A stretch of 55,027 nt of DNA from a virus (lineage: Duplodnaviria > Caudoviricetes): positions 1-55,027 of IMG/VR virus record IMGVR_UViG_3300020045_002782; one strand, given 5' to 3'. Of this stretch, positions 26,824 to 36,870 are shown in pieces. The position numbers and the translations under genes are program-made. Every line of letters starts with the position of its first letter. The first letter of the stretch is position 1. Under the pieces are notes generated by a model, which was given only the letters and a program-made list of their open reading frames with translations, ran no database searches and was not told the origin of the DNA.

Positions 26824-27443
26824 TAGATTTTCCTCGTGCCGTCATCATTGAACATAACTGAACTGATTTCAGTTTGAGATATAGCGCCATCAAATACAAG
26901 ATGCCCAGGTGAAGCTATGGTACCTACTCCTGTTGCAAAAATCTTTTCGCCATTGGTCGCTAATCTTTGGATAACTAGTTGTATGCCGTTTAACCATCCA
27001 CCAGACTTATTTGCTCCATTAACACCAGACGGGATTTGTGAGCATGCATCTTGTAGCCCTGCAACAATATTAGGTTTACCCGTTGCTATCTGGCCGCCGA
27101 ATCCAGCAGCCGCTAAAATATTTTGGAAATTGAATTGTTTGCCTTGACAAGCTAGTAACATGTTTTGCTGATTGATCGCACCTATTAAATTATTGACGGC
27201 AGCCACAACATCAATTGCATTAGTTGGTACCACCGCCGGATTTGCGGGAGTAAAATTGGCAAAAATAGTTGCGTTCTGTATGTCGCTTATAGGCGTTGTT
27301 GATTTGTTTACGACAAACGTAGAATCTTGCTTGTAGTACGATGTAATTGAGTTAACATCACTTGCAGCTAAAAATGTAGTAAGTTCAGGATTAGTTGCAA
27401 TGTCGTTTTGCAGTGTTTGGAGTTGTTCAGGATTTAATGACAT
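26823..27443 (-). CDS. hypothetical protein, first gene of the minus-strand operon
   Basis: GAGGT RBS before MSLNPEQLQTL. Confidence 0.7.
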   Translation of the reverse strand: MSLNPEQLQTLQNDIATNPELTTFLAASDVNSITSYYKQDSTFVVNKSTTPISDIQNATIFANFTPANPAVVPTNAIDVVAAVNNLIGAINQQNMLLACQGKQFNFQNILAAAGFGGQIATGKPNIVAGLQDACSQIPSGVNGANKSGGWLNGIQLVIQRLATNGEKIFATGVGTIASPGHLVFDGAISQTEISSVMFNDDGTRKI

Positions 27444-27712
27444 TATATACCTCAGATAAACGTAATGGTTGAACATATCCACATAAATAACTAAATAATA
27501 TATACTGTTGATATTATGTATGTAGCTTCTACAGGTTGTCTGTTAATTATTGTTTTATTCTTGTTATTCTACTATAGTACCAAAGTTATTTTACTCTATT
27601 CATAGAAATAACTTGTGTAAAAAATAAATTTCATGTAATCTTTATAATAACATATATATAGTATGGAAGCAACAGATATTTTAGGCAATTTTCTCAACAA
27701 AATCAACGGTTT

Positions 27713-28333
27713 ATGGCTGAATCACCGCAAATAATGATCTTAAATCCAGAGGCTAAAGTATCCCCCGCCATTTTAGCTGGATTACTTTCTCGAAATGTAT
27801 CTTTAATATACCAATGGGCACAGATTGGAAGATTACCGGATATTAAAAATGGTGACTATACATATAAGGAATGTTTAGCACACTTATTAAATAGTTTACT
27901 TCTAGCAGAGGAAGCAAAGAAAGCTAAAATAGAGGAAGCTGCTAAAGAGAAAAGAGAGAAAAGAACGTATTCTACTGAAAGTGAATACGATGATACTATG
28001 CATCCTTTAATGGCTGCAAAGTTAAAACAATCTATTAAGACGGAGTATGCAAGAGAAGCAGAGCTTTGGCAGAAAATAGCTATAAAGAGAGGTGAATTCA
28101 TAGCATTTGCAGATAAGTTAGAACTTGTAGAAGGTTTTGTAACATCTATAAGAGATACATTACTTCACATAGGTAATAACTTTCCAGAGATACAAAGTCG
28201 TGTAGATGAAGCAATGGAGGAATTGTACCAATTAGGTGTCACTCTTATAGCAGAGGCAGATATAGATGCGGATAACTATATAGATACAATGCTAGCTAAG
28301 GAGCCAGAGACTAAGGATATTCAAGATGAGTAA
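27713..28333 (+). CDS. terminase small subunit (Nu1-like)
   Basis: N-terminal HTH (LAGLLSRNVSLIYQW), KRGEFI motif, directly upstream of large subunit. Confidence 0.75.
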   Translation: MAESPQIMILNPEAKVSPAILAGLLSRNVSLIYQWAQIGRLPDIKNGDYTYKECLAHLLNSLLLAEEAKKAKIEEAAKEKREKRTYSTESEYDDTMHPLMAAKLKQSIKTEYAREAELWQKIAIKRGEFIAFADKLELVEGFVTSIRDTLLHIGNNFPEIQSRVDEAMEELYQLGVTLIAEADIDADNYIDTMLAKEPETKDIQDE

Positions 28334-30314
28334 GTTTGAAAGAACTTTAGATAACATATCTGAAAGGAAATTCTTAGGAACGTTGTTCCTATTGTTTAAG
28401 TCTGCTATTCGTATGTCTACTATAGACTGGGCACATAGTCGTAGACGTATGACTTCGGAAGAGTCAGAAATGGTAGGACGTTTTGATTGTGGTAGGACTC
28501 CACACCTTGAGTATGTATATGACTGTTTGGATAATTGGAAAGTCTACATTGTAGTAGTTATGAAAGCTTCTCAGATTGGTTGGAGCGAGTTAACAAATAA
28601 CTTCATAGGCAAGACTATAGAGACATCACCTTGTAAGATAATGATGGCATTCCCAGGACTTACACTTTGTAGGAATTACTCCAGGGAGAAGCTTAAAGTT
28701 CTTATAGATAATACAAAGGCTCTTAGAGACATTGTAAATATAGGTGTTGCAAAAGAATCCTTTAACTACTTTAAGTTCCCTGGTGGCTGGTTAAAGTTAA
28801 CAACACTTGGTTCTATACAGAGTGTATTGAGTTCCTCAATTAAACTTATTATAATCGAAGAACCTTCGCAAGTAAAGCATGAGATAGCTAATCAAGGTGA
28901 CTGGCTACAACTTTGTATAGGTAGACAAAAGACTTTTAGTCTTGGACAAAAGAAAATTATCTTCGGAGGTACTCCTACACATAAAGATTTCTGTAAAGTA
29001 GATGCAGCATATCAAAAAAGTAATCAACTCATATTCAAAGCACAATGCCATTGTTGTAAAGAGCTTGTAGAACTATCATTCGATAACCTACATTATGATG
29101 AATATTCAGATAGGTATATAGATGAAGTCTATGGTAAATATAACCCTGATAGTGCTTACTACTCTTGCCCAGCTTGCCATGCTATATGGACATTTGAAGA
29201 AAAGACAAATAATATAATTGAAGGTAAGAAGTTTGGCTTTGTGGACTTTACTGGTAAGCATTCTAAAGGATGGCATCCACGTAAAGAGAGTGTTACAGAT
29301 ATATTCGGATTCCATATAACAGAGTTACTTAGTACATTCTCAGATGCAAGTGATTATGTATCTCTAGCTAAGAAGAAGATACTTGCAGAACTTGCTCTTG
29401 AGAAGGGTGATGAATCCCTTATGAAAGACCTTAAGAATAACAATGAAGGTCTACCATATGCTTCTGGCATAACAGCTATAGAAGCTGAGGAAATGAAATC
29501 CTTTAGAAAGAATTATGCAGAACATCTTGTACCAATGGAAGGGTTAGTTCTTACAGCAGGTATAGATGTACAGGATAACAGATTTGCCTTAATCATACGT
29601 GCTTGGGGAAGAAATAATAATTCATGGCTTGTATGTTGGAAAGAGATATTCGGCAAAGTTACTATACAAGAGTTTAACGATAGTCTACGGCACTTTGAAG
29701 GGGTATGGGGAGAGCTAGAAGATATTCTAATGAAAGAGCTTACACATGCGTCCGGTAAAGGTATGCATATAAGCGCTATATCTATAGATTCTGGTGATAA
29801 TACAGAGCTTGTCTACAAGTTCGTCCTTCATATGGCGGAGAAGCTCTCTAATGAAGGAAGATATATCTATGCTACTAAAGGTACAAGAGATCTTCGCTAC
29901 AGTGATGATGAAATCTATCAAGAACCTGCTCTAGCAGATATATCCCAAAGAGATAATAATACAAGGAAGAGTATAGCAGAGCGTATGGGTGTTCCATTGT
30001 ACTACATAGGCGCACATCGTGCTCATGAAGAGATACTTCGAAGAGTTGCTCTTAATAAGAATAAAGAAGCTCGAAGTAATATGTATTACCATAATGAACA
30101 AGAATATGGGCAGTATGAAGAACAAATGACATCATGCCGTAAAATAGTAGATGTTAATTCTAGTTACGGTAAAGCAGTATTTAAACTTATACCTGGGAAA
30201 AGAAAAGAAGCTATGGATGCTGAAAAGAATGCCCTACATGCATCATATGCTATAGGTGTACGTAATTTAACACATGCCTATTGGCAACAGCTAGAGAGCT
30301 ACTATTATGGGTGA
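28326..30314 (+). CDS. terminase large subunit, lambda GpA family
   Basis: TPHL, KASQIGWSE, GGTPT, Cys pairs, LTAGIDVQD, IDSG, EAMD. Confidence 0.92.
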   Translation: MSKFERTLDNISERKFLGTLFLLFKSAIRMSTIDWAHSRRRMTSEESEMVGRFDCGRTPHLEYVYDCLDNWKVYIVVVMKASQIGWSELTNNFIGKTIETSPCKIMMAFPGLTLCRNYSREKLKVLIDNTKALRDIVNIGVAKESFNYFKFPGGWLKLTTLGSIQSVLSSSIKLIIIEEPSQVKHEIANQGDWLQLCIGRQKTFSLGQKKIIFGGTPTHKDFCKVDAAYQKSNQLIFKAQCHCCKELVELSFDNLHYDEYSDRYIDEVYGKYNPDSAYYSCPACHAIWTFEEKTNNIIEGKKFGFVDFTGKHSKGWHPRKESVTDIFGFHITELLSTFSDASDYVSLAKKKILAELALEKGDESLMKDLKNNNEGLPYASGITAIEAEEMKSFRKNYAEHLVPMEGLVLTAGIDVQDNRFALIIRAWGRNNNSWLVCWKEIFGKVTIQEFNDSLRHFEGVWGELEDILMKELTHASGKGMHISAISIDSGDNTELVYKFVLHMAEKLSNEGRYIYATKGTRDLRYSDDEIYQEPALADISQRDNNTRKSIAERMGVPLYYIGAHRAHEEILRRVALNKNKEARSNMYYHNEQEYGQYEEQMTSCRKIVDVNSSYGKAVFKLIPGKRKEAMDAEKNALHASYAIGVRNLTHAYWQQLESYYYG

Positions 30315-30579
30315 AATGACTATACAAGAAGTACAGGTACAATTAACGCAAGTTAATATCGCTATACAAGATCTTATAATGGGGAAGTCTATAAGTGAAC
30401 TTAAATTAGGTTCAGGTGAGTTCTCTCGTTGGTATAAGTTCGGGGATGTTACATTAGATTCTCTTAGAGCTTATCGTAGAGAGTTGTTAAACCTTTTAAA
30501 TACACTAACACCAGATGTTAAACCTATATTTAGAACAAACTCATGTATACCTTTGGTAGTCAATAAGGGGAATTGTTAA
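30307..30579 (+). CDS. head-tail joining protein, gpW-like
   Basis: Size and position between terminase and portal; LDSLRAYRREL. Confidence 0.7.
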   Translation: MGEMTIQEVQVQLTQVNIAIQDLIMGKSISELKLGSGEFSRWYKFGDVTLDSLRAYRRELLNLLNTLTPDVKPIFRTNSCIPLVVNKGNC

Positions 30580-32039
30580 TGTCAGAGGAAAATGTATTTT
30601 ATACAAACCTAAAGAGTATATCTCCTGCTTTTGAAGGTAGTGCAGGGACGTATAGACAAGGTGTAAAAGGTTTATTCGGAGGACAAGCTGATACTCTAGC
30701 AGCGAGAGAGCTACTGTTCCTACAGAATCGCTCTGCACATGCTTGTAGGAATAATGGCTATGCTAAGAGTGCTCTTAAAAATTGGTTAACTAATACACAG
30801 AGTATTAAAGTTGTATGGAAGCTTAAGAATGGTAAAGTGCATAAACTTATGCAGTCATACTGGGATGAGTTTATAGCGAATCCTTCTGTAGATGGTTTTG
30901 GTAATATGGATACTTTCCAAGGAGTATCGAATTCTTCTATATTTATTACAGGGAATTCCTATATACGTAAACTTATAGTTCGTGAGAATAATAAGAATAC
31001 TGTACCACTTAAGTTGCAACTTATACCGAGTATACTTCATGATGTAGCTTTTACTAATAATTCTGGAGCTATATCTCCTAATAAGATAGTACACAATGGT
31101 ATGACTTTTGTAAACTCTGTCCCTACAGAATACCACTTTAAAAAGAATATCTTAGAGACAACATTATTAGAAAATGCATCTGTACAGAGAATCACTGTAA
31201 AGGCTGATGAGATTATCCATACCTTTATAAGAGAGGAACCTTCTCAATGGTTAGGCATACCTATACTTGCATCAGTTTTACTATCCCTCTACGCCCTGGA
31301 TGACCTCATTACTGCAACTATAAGTAAGCAAAAAGCCGCACAAAGTATAGCGGTTCTTATAGAACAAACTGCTACTGCTATAAATATGCTTCCAGTGGGT
31401 GTAGTAAAAGATGTAACTAATCCAGATGGTTCAACTAAAGTTACATTTAAGAATGATGCAGAAGAGTCGCAGGTACTATATCTCAATAAAGGTGAAACTG
31501 CTAAGATGTTCCAAGGTACTGACATCGGGGCAAACTTTGGTGTACTTGTAGAAAGTGAACTTCGTAAGATAGCTACTACAGCAGATGCATTATACCATCA
31601 ACTTACAGGTGATACAGCAGGACTTAATTATAGTTCTCTTATAGGTATGGCTATACAAAGTCGTAATCGTCTTGAGTATCTCCATAACTTCTTATTCATA
31701 CCACTCCGTGAAAAACCAATAGCAGATGCTTTCAAAGAACTCGCTATGGTATACAATAGCAAAGTATCTACAGCTATACCTTATTTCCAACTACCTAGAT
31801 GGCGTGGTATAGATGATCTTAAAGATACACAAGCAGACTTACTAGAGTTACAGAATGGCCTTGGGACGTATACAGATAAACTTGCTGAAAGAGGTCTATC
31901 TCCTGAAGATATTATTGCCGATAGAGAGAATGTTTCTCTACTAGAACAATATGGTATTTTCTTAAATACAGCAAATAGTTCACCTAGTATGGCTCAAGCT
32001 AACAATACACAGGCAAATAGTAATTCAACTGGAAATTAG
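30579..32039 (+). CDS. portal protein, lambda family
   Basis: RS...RNNGYA, PLKLQLI, YHQLTGD..NYSS, IDDLKD. Confidence 0.9.
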   Translation: MSEENVFYTNLKSISPAFEGSAGTYRQGVKGLFGGQADTLAARELLFLQNRSAHACRNNGYAKSALKNWLTNTQSIKVVWKLKNGKVHKLMQSYWDEFIANPSVDGFGNMDTFQGVSNSSIFITGNSYIRKLIVRENNKNTVPLKLQLIPSILHDVAFTNNSGAISPNKIVHNGMTFVNSVPTEYHFKKNILETTLLENASVQRITVKADEIIHTFIREEPSQWLGIPILASVLLSLYALDDLITATISKQKAAQSIAVLIEQTATAINMLPVGVVKDVTNPDGSTKVTFKNDAEESQVLYLNKGETAKMFQGTDIGANFGVLVESELRKIATTADALYHQLTGDTAGLNYSSLIGMAIQSRNRLEYLHNFLFIPLREKPIADAFKELAMVYNSKVSTAIPYFQLPRWRGIDDLKDTQADLLELQNGLGTYTDKLAERGLSPEDIIADRENVSLLEQYGIFLNTANSSPSMAQANNTQANSNSTGN

Positions 32040-32050
32040 TAAAATAGTCC

Positions 32051-32079
32051 TTGACAAAGTTTGCAAAACTTGTCATAAT
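32051..32079 (+). promoter_or_regulatory. sigma70 promoter overlapped by a TGACAA...TTGTCA palindrome
   Basis: TTGACA-17 nt-CATAAT; tgacaaagtttgcaaaacttgtca. Confidence 0.7.
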
Positions 32080-32106
32080 CACGTAACAAATACCAAAGGT
32101 TTTGCT

Positions 32107-33279
32107 ATGAATATTGATAATTTACAAGGAGATACTTTATTTTCATATCTCCGAACCAATAGAGAAAGTTTATTGGAGGCCAAACTAACTAGTTTAGCTT
32201 TAGCAGAACCTATAACTATTGCAAAAGAAGTTAATACAGTCTTAAATCCTTCTCTTAGCGATCTATCTAATAGAGATACTTTAGATGTTACTGTAGTTTG
32301 TAGTACATCTTGGTTATGTAACAGCCATATGGATGTATTAACAGATAAAGCTTTTGATAAGAGCATAAAAGTTCGTGGAAATACTATACCACATATAGTA
32401 GACCATAGGCATGAAGCTACTGCACATGTTGGGGATGTTAAAAAGGTCTATATTAAAGAAATGCCTTTAAGAGACTTAGGCTATTCAGAAGAAGGTACAA
32501 CTACTGTATTGCTTATGGATACTACTGTACGTAAAGATTATAATGAGGATGTATTTAAATTTTATGCTAATGGTAAAATTAATCAACACTCTATAGGATT
32601 TACTTACCAAGATATTAAATTTGCTGTAAATTCTTCACATGAGAATGATAAGGTAGAAAAACTCGTCTGGGATGAGTTTTACCCTAAAGTAATAAATAAG
32701 GATGTAGTAGATAAGAGGGGCTACTTTTGGGTAGTTTCTGAAGTGGATGTTAAAGAAAATAGTGCCGTACTATTCGGTTCAAATCATCTAACACCTACAT
32801 TAACTATAGCATCTATGAAAACAGATTCCCCCCTTGGGAATATTCCAAGTCCCGTAACACAACCTATAGGTAATACTATGACACTAGAAGAAGCCCAAGG
32901 GAAAATTATATCCCTTACGGAAGAACTAGCTAAAGCTAAAGCAGATAATTCTTTAGCAAGGCTTGAAGCAACAACAAATGAAAAGAATAGAACATTAGGT
33001 ATTTTGAAAGCACAAGCTACTTTTGGTGGCGATGTCCCATTACAAAAAGCAGCATTATCTTTCATCGAGAAAGGTATTGATACAGATACAGCAATTGTAT
33101 CTTTTGAAGCTATTAAAGAAGGTTTGCAAAAATCCTCTCATGTAGACACTTCTGGAGCATCTTTGCTTACAGGGACTAAAGAGGCTGATTCTGGTCTTAA
33201 AACCTCTTTTGCAGCTACATTAGATAAGGCATTAGAAACTATGCCTAAAGACGGTAACTTATTCGTGGGGTTTAAATAA
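32107..33279 (+). CDS. prohead protease (HK97/S78-like) fused to scaffold domain
   Basis: AFDKSI, DHRH, HSIGF, ENSAVLFGSN; helical C-terminus. Confidence 0.75.
   Translation: MNIDNLQGDTLFSYLRTNRESLLEAKLTSLALAEPITIAKEVNTVLNPSLSDLSNRDTLDVTVVCSTSWLCNSHMDVLTDKAFDKSIKVRGNTIPHIVDHRHEATAHVGDVKKVYIKEMPLRDLGYSEEGTTTVLLMDTTVRKDYNEDVFKFYANGKINQHSIGFTYQDIKFAVNSSHENDKVEKLVWDEFYPKVINKDVVDKRGYFWVVSEVDVKENSAVLFGSNHLTPTLTIASMKTDSPLGNIPSPVTQPIGNTMTLEEAQGKIISLTEELAKAKADNSLARLEATTNEKNRTLGILKAQATFGGDVPLQKAALSFIEKGIDTDTAIVSFEAIKEGLQKSSHVDTSGASLLTGTKEADSGLKTSFAATLDKALETMPKDGNLFVGFK
32878..33279 (+). CDS. nested in-frame scaffold protein (Nu3-like)
   Basis: AGGT RBS then ATG after a Pro-rich linker; MTLEEAQ coiled coil. 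Confidence 0.55.
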   Translation: MTLEEAQGKIISLTEELAKAKADNSLARLEATTNEKNRTLGILKAQATFGGDVPLQKAALSFIEKGIDTDTAIVSFEAIKEGLQKSSHVDTSGASLLTGTKEADSGLKTSFAATLDKALETMPKDGNLFVGFK

Positions 33280-34097
33280 TGGCTACTAATGGAGGTTGGA
33301 TTCAATATCCAGATTATACACCAAAAGCTATTTTTGCTAGAGCTGAAGATAGATGTACTAAAGAAGCTACTATTAAATCAGGTCAAGTTCTTAAAGCTTT
33401 GACTTTCTTAGAGTCTGATAGCTCAGGTAAACTTATAGCACATAGTGGTTTTAACGAAGGTGCTTTAGTAACATTCGCTGCAATTACATCAGGTCAAACA
33501 CAGATTCTTGGTGGATTGACTTTCACCTCTGGAGCTTCTGGTACTACTGCTGCTCAACTAGCTACTGCTTGGGCTACTGCTTCTGTAGGTGATACTGCTG
33601 CTGCTGCAACTACTAAAATTGCTGCTGCTGGTATTACTGCTGCAATGGGTACATTTACCGCAGGTACTTTAGCTGGTTTTGAAACAGAACTTTTTGCACC
33701 AACTAAAGTTATGTTCAATGCTTCTGCTGTAGCTGGCACTAACCCTACAGATTTAGCTGTAACTGGTACTGCAACTGCTGCAACTATCTCTATTGTTCAA
33801 GGGGAAACCTCTTTTAATAAGATTGCTGGTGTACTTGTATATGATGTAGATGCTACTTCTGCGGATGTTCCTGCTGCTGTATATACAGAGGCTTCTTTCT
33901 GGGCAGATGCTTTAGTATGGGCAGTTGATACTGCTGTAGATACTATTACAAATGCTTCTGGTGCTACTGTAGCTTGTACTGCATATAACACAGGTGCTTT
34001 TGGTACATCTGCTGCATCAAACTTACTTAAACAAAAATTTGTCGAAGGTTCAGAATTTGAACCATTGACTTTCGCTAAAGCTGGAGAGGTATACTAA
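33279..34097 (+). CDS. head decoration protein (lambda D-like) with Ala/Thr-rich insert
   Basis: TIKSGQVLK..L and AGVLVYDVDAT..VY...F..ALVW halves. Confidence 0.75.
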   Translation: MATNGGWIQYPDYTPKAIFARAEDRCTKEATIKSGQVLKALTFLESDSSGKLIAHSGFNEGALVTFAAITSGQTQILGGLTFTSGASGTTAAQLATAWATASVGDTAAAATTKIAAAGITAAMGTFTAGTLAGFETELFAPTKVMFNASAVAGTNPTDLAVTGTATAATISIVQGETSFNKIAGVLVYDVDATSADVPAAVYTEASFWADALVWAVDTAVDTITNASGATVACTAYNTGAFGTSAASNLLKQKFVEGSEFEPLTFAKAGEVY

Positions 34098-34098
34098 T

Positions 34099-35232
34099 AT
34101 GGCTGAGTTTCTATCACCGTACCAACTTAGAAAGGTATTAGATGGTGTTATTCCAGCTAATAGAATAGCTCGTCCTAACTTTCTACAAACATTCTTTAGT
34201 CGGGTGGAATATAAACTGTCTGAGACAGTTAACTTCGATAAAGAGTTTCAAAGTAACAATACTACAGCAATGTATGTTGCACCTACAGTAGATGCTCCTA
34301 TTGTAAAACTGCAAGGTTTTGGTACTCAAGAACTTCGCTTTGCATATGTTAAAGAAGGTTTGACTTCACCTGATTGGGAAGAGATTAATTCTCGTCAACT
34401 AGGTCAAGACTTCGGTAATGTAGATGTAATGGCGAATTGGGTAGAGAATATCCGTAAGAAGCTTACTATTACAGAGTTTAACTTCGAGAACCTTTTCGAA
34501 TTAAATGCTGCAAATGTACTTGTATATGGTACTCATACAGCATCATCAGCTTTGCATCCTACAGTTGCATATGATTTCAATCGTACAGTAGTAACTACTG
34601 ATGCTGGGTATCTTAAAGGTATTGTTCCATCTATTGACCTTACCACATTAAATGGTAACGGCGGTGTAGGTAAACGTGCTTGGAACTCTACTGGTGGTAC
34701 TGCTGCACCTACCCCATATAAAGACCTTATCAAAGCTTGTAATACAGTTCGTAGACGTGGTTCTATTAGTGCTGTTATTCTTTCAGGGAATGCTTGGGAT
34801 TTATTAGAAGCTGATATTACTGCAAACTATTCTAAAGCTGCTGATCTTACTTTATCAGTAGATAATAGAATTGCTATGCATATCTTACCTACAGTGGAAA
34901 AATACCAAGATTTGAACTTCCGTAGAAGTTTGAGTTTAGGTGATGGTACATATGTAGACGTATATACATATAGTGCAGTATGGCATGACAGAACAACTGG
35001 TACTGAAACATCTTATATCCCTGACGGTTATATGCTTGTATTGCCTCAGAAAGAAAAAGGTATTAAAGTATACGGTCGTATTATGCATCCAGATGCAGGA
35101 TATGGTGCTCTTCCACGTTATATAAACACTTGGAAAGATCAGAAATCAGGTAAACAAGAGAGTGAAATTCATATGAACTATTTAATGGGCCATACTGATA
35201 TTAACTCTGTTGCTTCTTGGAAAGTAATGTAA
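34099..35232 (+). CDS. major capsid protein, lambda E family
   Basis: FLQTFF..ETVNFD..MYVAP, YIPDG; position after decoration gene. Confidence 0.88.
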   Translation: MAEFLSPYQLRKVLDGVIPANRIARPNFLQTFFSRVEYKLSETVNFDKEFQSNNTTAMYVAPTVDAPIVKLQGFGTQELRFAYVKEGLTSPDWEEINSRQLGQDFGNVDVMANWVENIRKKLTITEFNFENLFELNAANVLVYGTHTASSALHPTVAYDFNRTVVTTDAGYLKGIVPSIDLTTLNGNGGVGKRAWNSTGGTAAPTPYKDLIKACNTVRRRGSISAVILSGNAWDLLEADITANYSKAADLTLSVDNRIAMHILPTVEKYQDLNFRRSLSLGDGTYVDVYTYSAVWHDRTTGTETSYIPDGYMLVLPQKEKGIKVYGRIMHPDAGYGALPRYINTWKDQKSGKQESEIHMNYLMGHTDINSVASWKVM

Positions 35233-35253
35233 GGGTAGACCCTTAACAAAAGT

Positions 35254-35287
35254 CCTGCTGTAGACATTATTATATCTCTACAGCAGG
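35254..35287 (+). terminator. stem-loop after capsid gene (weak terminator or stabiliser)
   Basis: CCTGCTGTAGA / TCTACAGCAGG 11-bp stem; poor U-tract. Confidence 0.55.
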
Positions 35288-35303
35288 CATTCTTAAGGAC
35301 ACT

Positions 35304-35969
35304 ATGTCATCTTTTAAAATAACATTTGGACCAGAATGGGAACAACTTAGGAAGAACTTACAAAGTTCTACTATAGCTGAAAGAATAGTCCCTGATGTTT
35401 CAATAGCTATTTTAAAATTTAGTAATGTGCTAGAGGGTAGAGTAAATACTGTATTTAATGCACCAAGTTCTATAAACTCTGTACGAATTGGAAACTCTGT
35501 ATCTCCGGAGAAGTTAGGGAATACATTCCTAAGGTATAGTTTACAATATAGAGATAAACCTATTCCTTTATCTAAGTACCCTTATACAGAAACTAGAGTA
35601 TCTGCAAATAGTAAATACCCTAATAGACTTCCTAATAGATTTGTTAGATGGACTCCTAAGAGTTATGCTTTTGAAACTAAAGTATCTGTTCAGAAAAGTA
35701 AGAATCTTATAGCTAAACGTGGTAAGAATTACCGACAGAAAGGGTTTGTATATAATGGGAAGATTCTCGCAAGAGAACAAAAGGCTACTTGGAAAGTATT
35801 TCCTTCAAAGTTTGTAGAAGGTGTAAGAGCACCCTTTAGCGAATTATATGGCCCTAGCTTAGCTACATTGATAGCTAAAGTCTACGATGTTGATCCAGTA
35901 GTAGCTAAAGCTAAAGATAAAGTACAAGAAGATATTTTAAATGCAGTTGTGAGAGGATATAATGCTTGA
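35304..35969 (+). CDS. tail completion protein (gpZ-like)
   Basis: Basic; ELYGPS motif; position. Confidence 0.55.
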   Translation: MSSFKITFGPEWEQLRKNLQSSTIAERIVPDVSIAILKFSNVLEGRVNTVFNAPSSINSVRIGNSVSPEKLGNTFLRYSLQYRDKPIPLSKYPYTETRVSANSKYPNRLPNRFVRWTPKSYAFETKVSVQKSKNLIAKRGKNYRQKGFVYNGKILAREQKATWKVFPSKFVEGVRAPFSELYGPSLATLIAKVYDVDPVVAKAKDKVQEDILNAVVRGYNA

Positions 35970-36291
35970 ATCTGAGGATCTTATTCAAAAAGTTCTGCAA
36001 ATTTCTGGAGAATCTCTATCCTTTGATAACGGTACTATTCTTAGTATACCTTCTTTTCGTGTTGACAGACTTTATTCTCAAGAGATTACAAACTATATTG
36101 TAGAGCAGCAAGAGTTTAACTTTCATATATCTACTAAAGATAGTTTAGACTTAGAGCTCAAAGTAGACGACATCTGCACATTACAAAATAATTCATTTAT
36201 CTTTACTTTTAAACTTGATGATAAACCTATACCCTATTTAGATGGTTGGAGTAGGATACCAGTTAACCTTATTTCTAGGGAAACCTTATGA
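35962..36291 (+). CDS. head closure protein (FII-like)
   Basis: Size and position. Confidence 0.45.
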   Translation: MLESEDLIQKVLQISGESLSFDNGTILSIPSFRVDRLYSQEITNYIVEQQEFNFHISTKDSLDLELKVDDICTLQNNSFIFTFKLDDKPIPYLDGWSRIPVNLISRETL

Positions 36292-36707
36292 TAGACCTCT
36301 CAGCTATAGTGGAGAAACTCCAAAATGATACAGTCTACACAATAGAGATTTCTAGGGATAAGGAACCTAATATGCAGGAAATAGATGAACTTCCTATTAT
36401 ATTTGTTGGGTATGCAACTATAGATTCTAAGAATCCAAATGCTCCTATAGAAAGTTCATTCTTTAATCTTCACGGAGAAGATCTTGTACAGAGCTTCGAT
36501 CTTATTACTGTCGCAGAACCAACAAATATATCAGAAATATGGAGAACATGTTATAAGAGTCTTATAGGATGGAATCCAGTACCAGAAGAAAAAGATAGAT
36601 CAGGCATGACATATGCACAAGGAGGTATTATAGGCTTATCTAATGGTAAAATTTGGTGGCTAGATAGATGGAAAGTAGGTTTTCCTACAGTATTTACTCA
36701 ATTTTAA
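36288..36707 (+). CDS. tail terminator protein
   Basis: Acidic; LIGWNP..G...NGKIWW.D motif; precedes tube gene. Confidence 0.65.
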   Translation: MIDLSAIVEKLQNDTVYTIEISRDKEPNMQEIDELPIIFVGYATIDSKNPNAPIESSFFNLHGEDLVQSFDLITVAEPTNISEIWRTCYKSLIGWNPVPEEKDRSGMTYAQGGIIGLSNGKIWWLDRWKVGFPTVFTQF

Positions 36708-36720
36708 GGTTAAAGTTACA

Positions 36721-36870
36721 ATGGCTGATGTAAATGATTTAAGTGTAGCTGAGCTACAAAGTTTAATAGCTTCTATACCTCCTGACAGTGTTTGTAAAAG
36801 AGCAGAGTTAGAGAGATTGGAAAGTCTACTACAAGATAAAATTTCTCAAACTCCTATCGAGGCAGTATAA
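36721..36870 (+). CDS. small hypothetical protein (49 aa, not in ORF track)
   Basis: AAGGT RBS, MADVNDLSVAELQ..., stop abuts tube start. Confidence 0.55.
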   Translation: MADVNDLSVAELQSLIASIPPDSVCKRAELERLESLLQDKISQTPIEAV

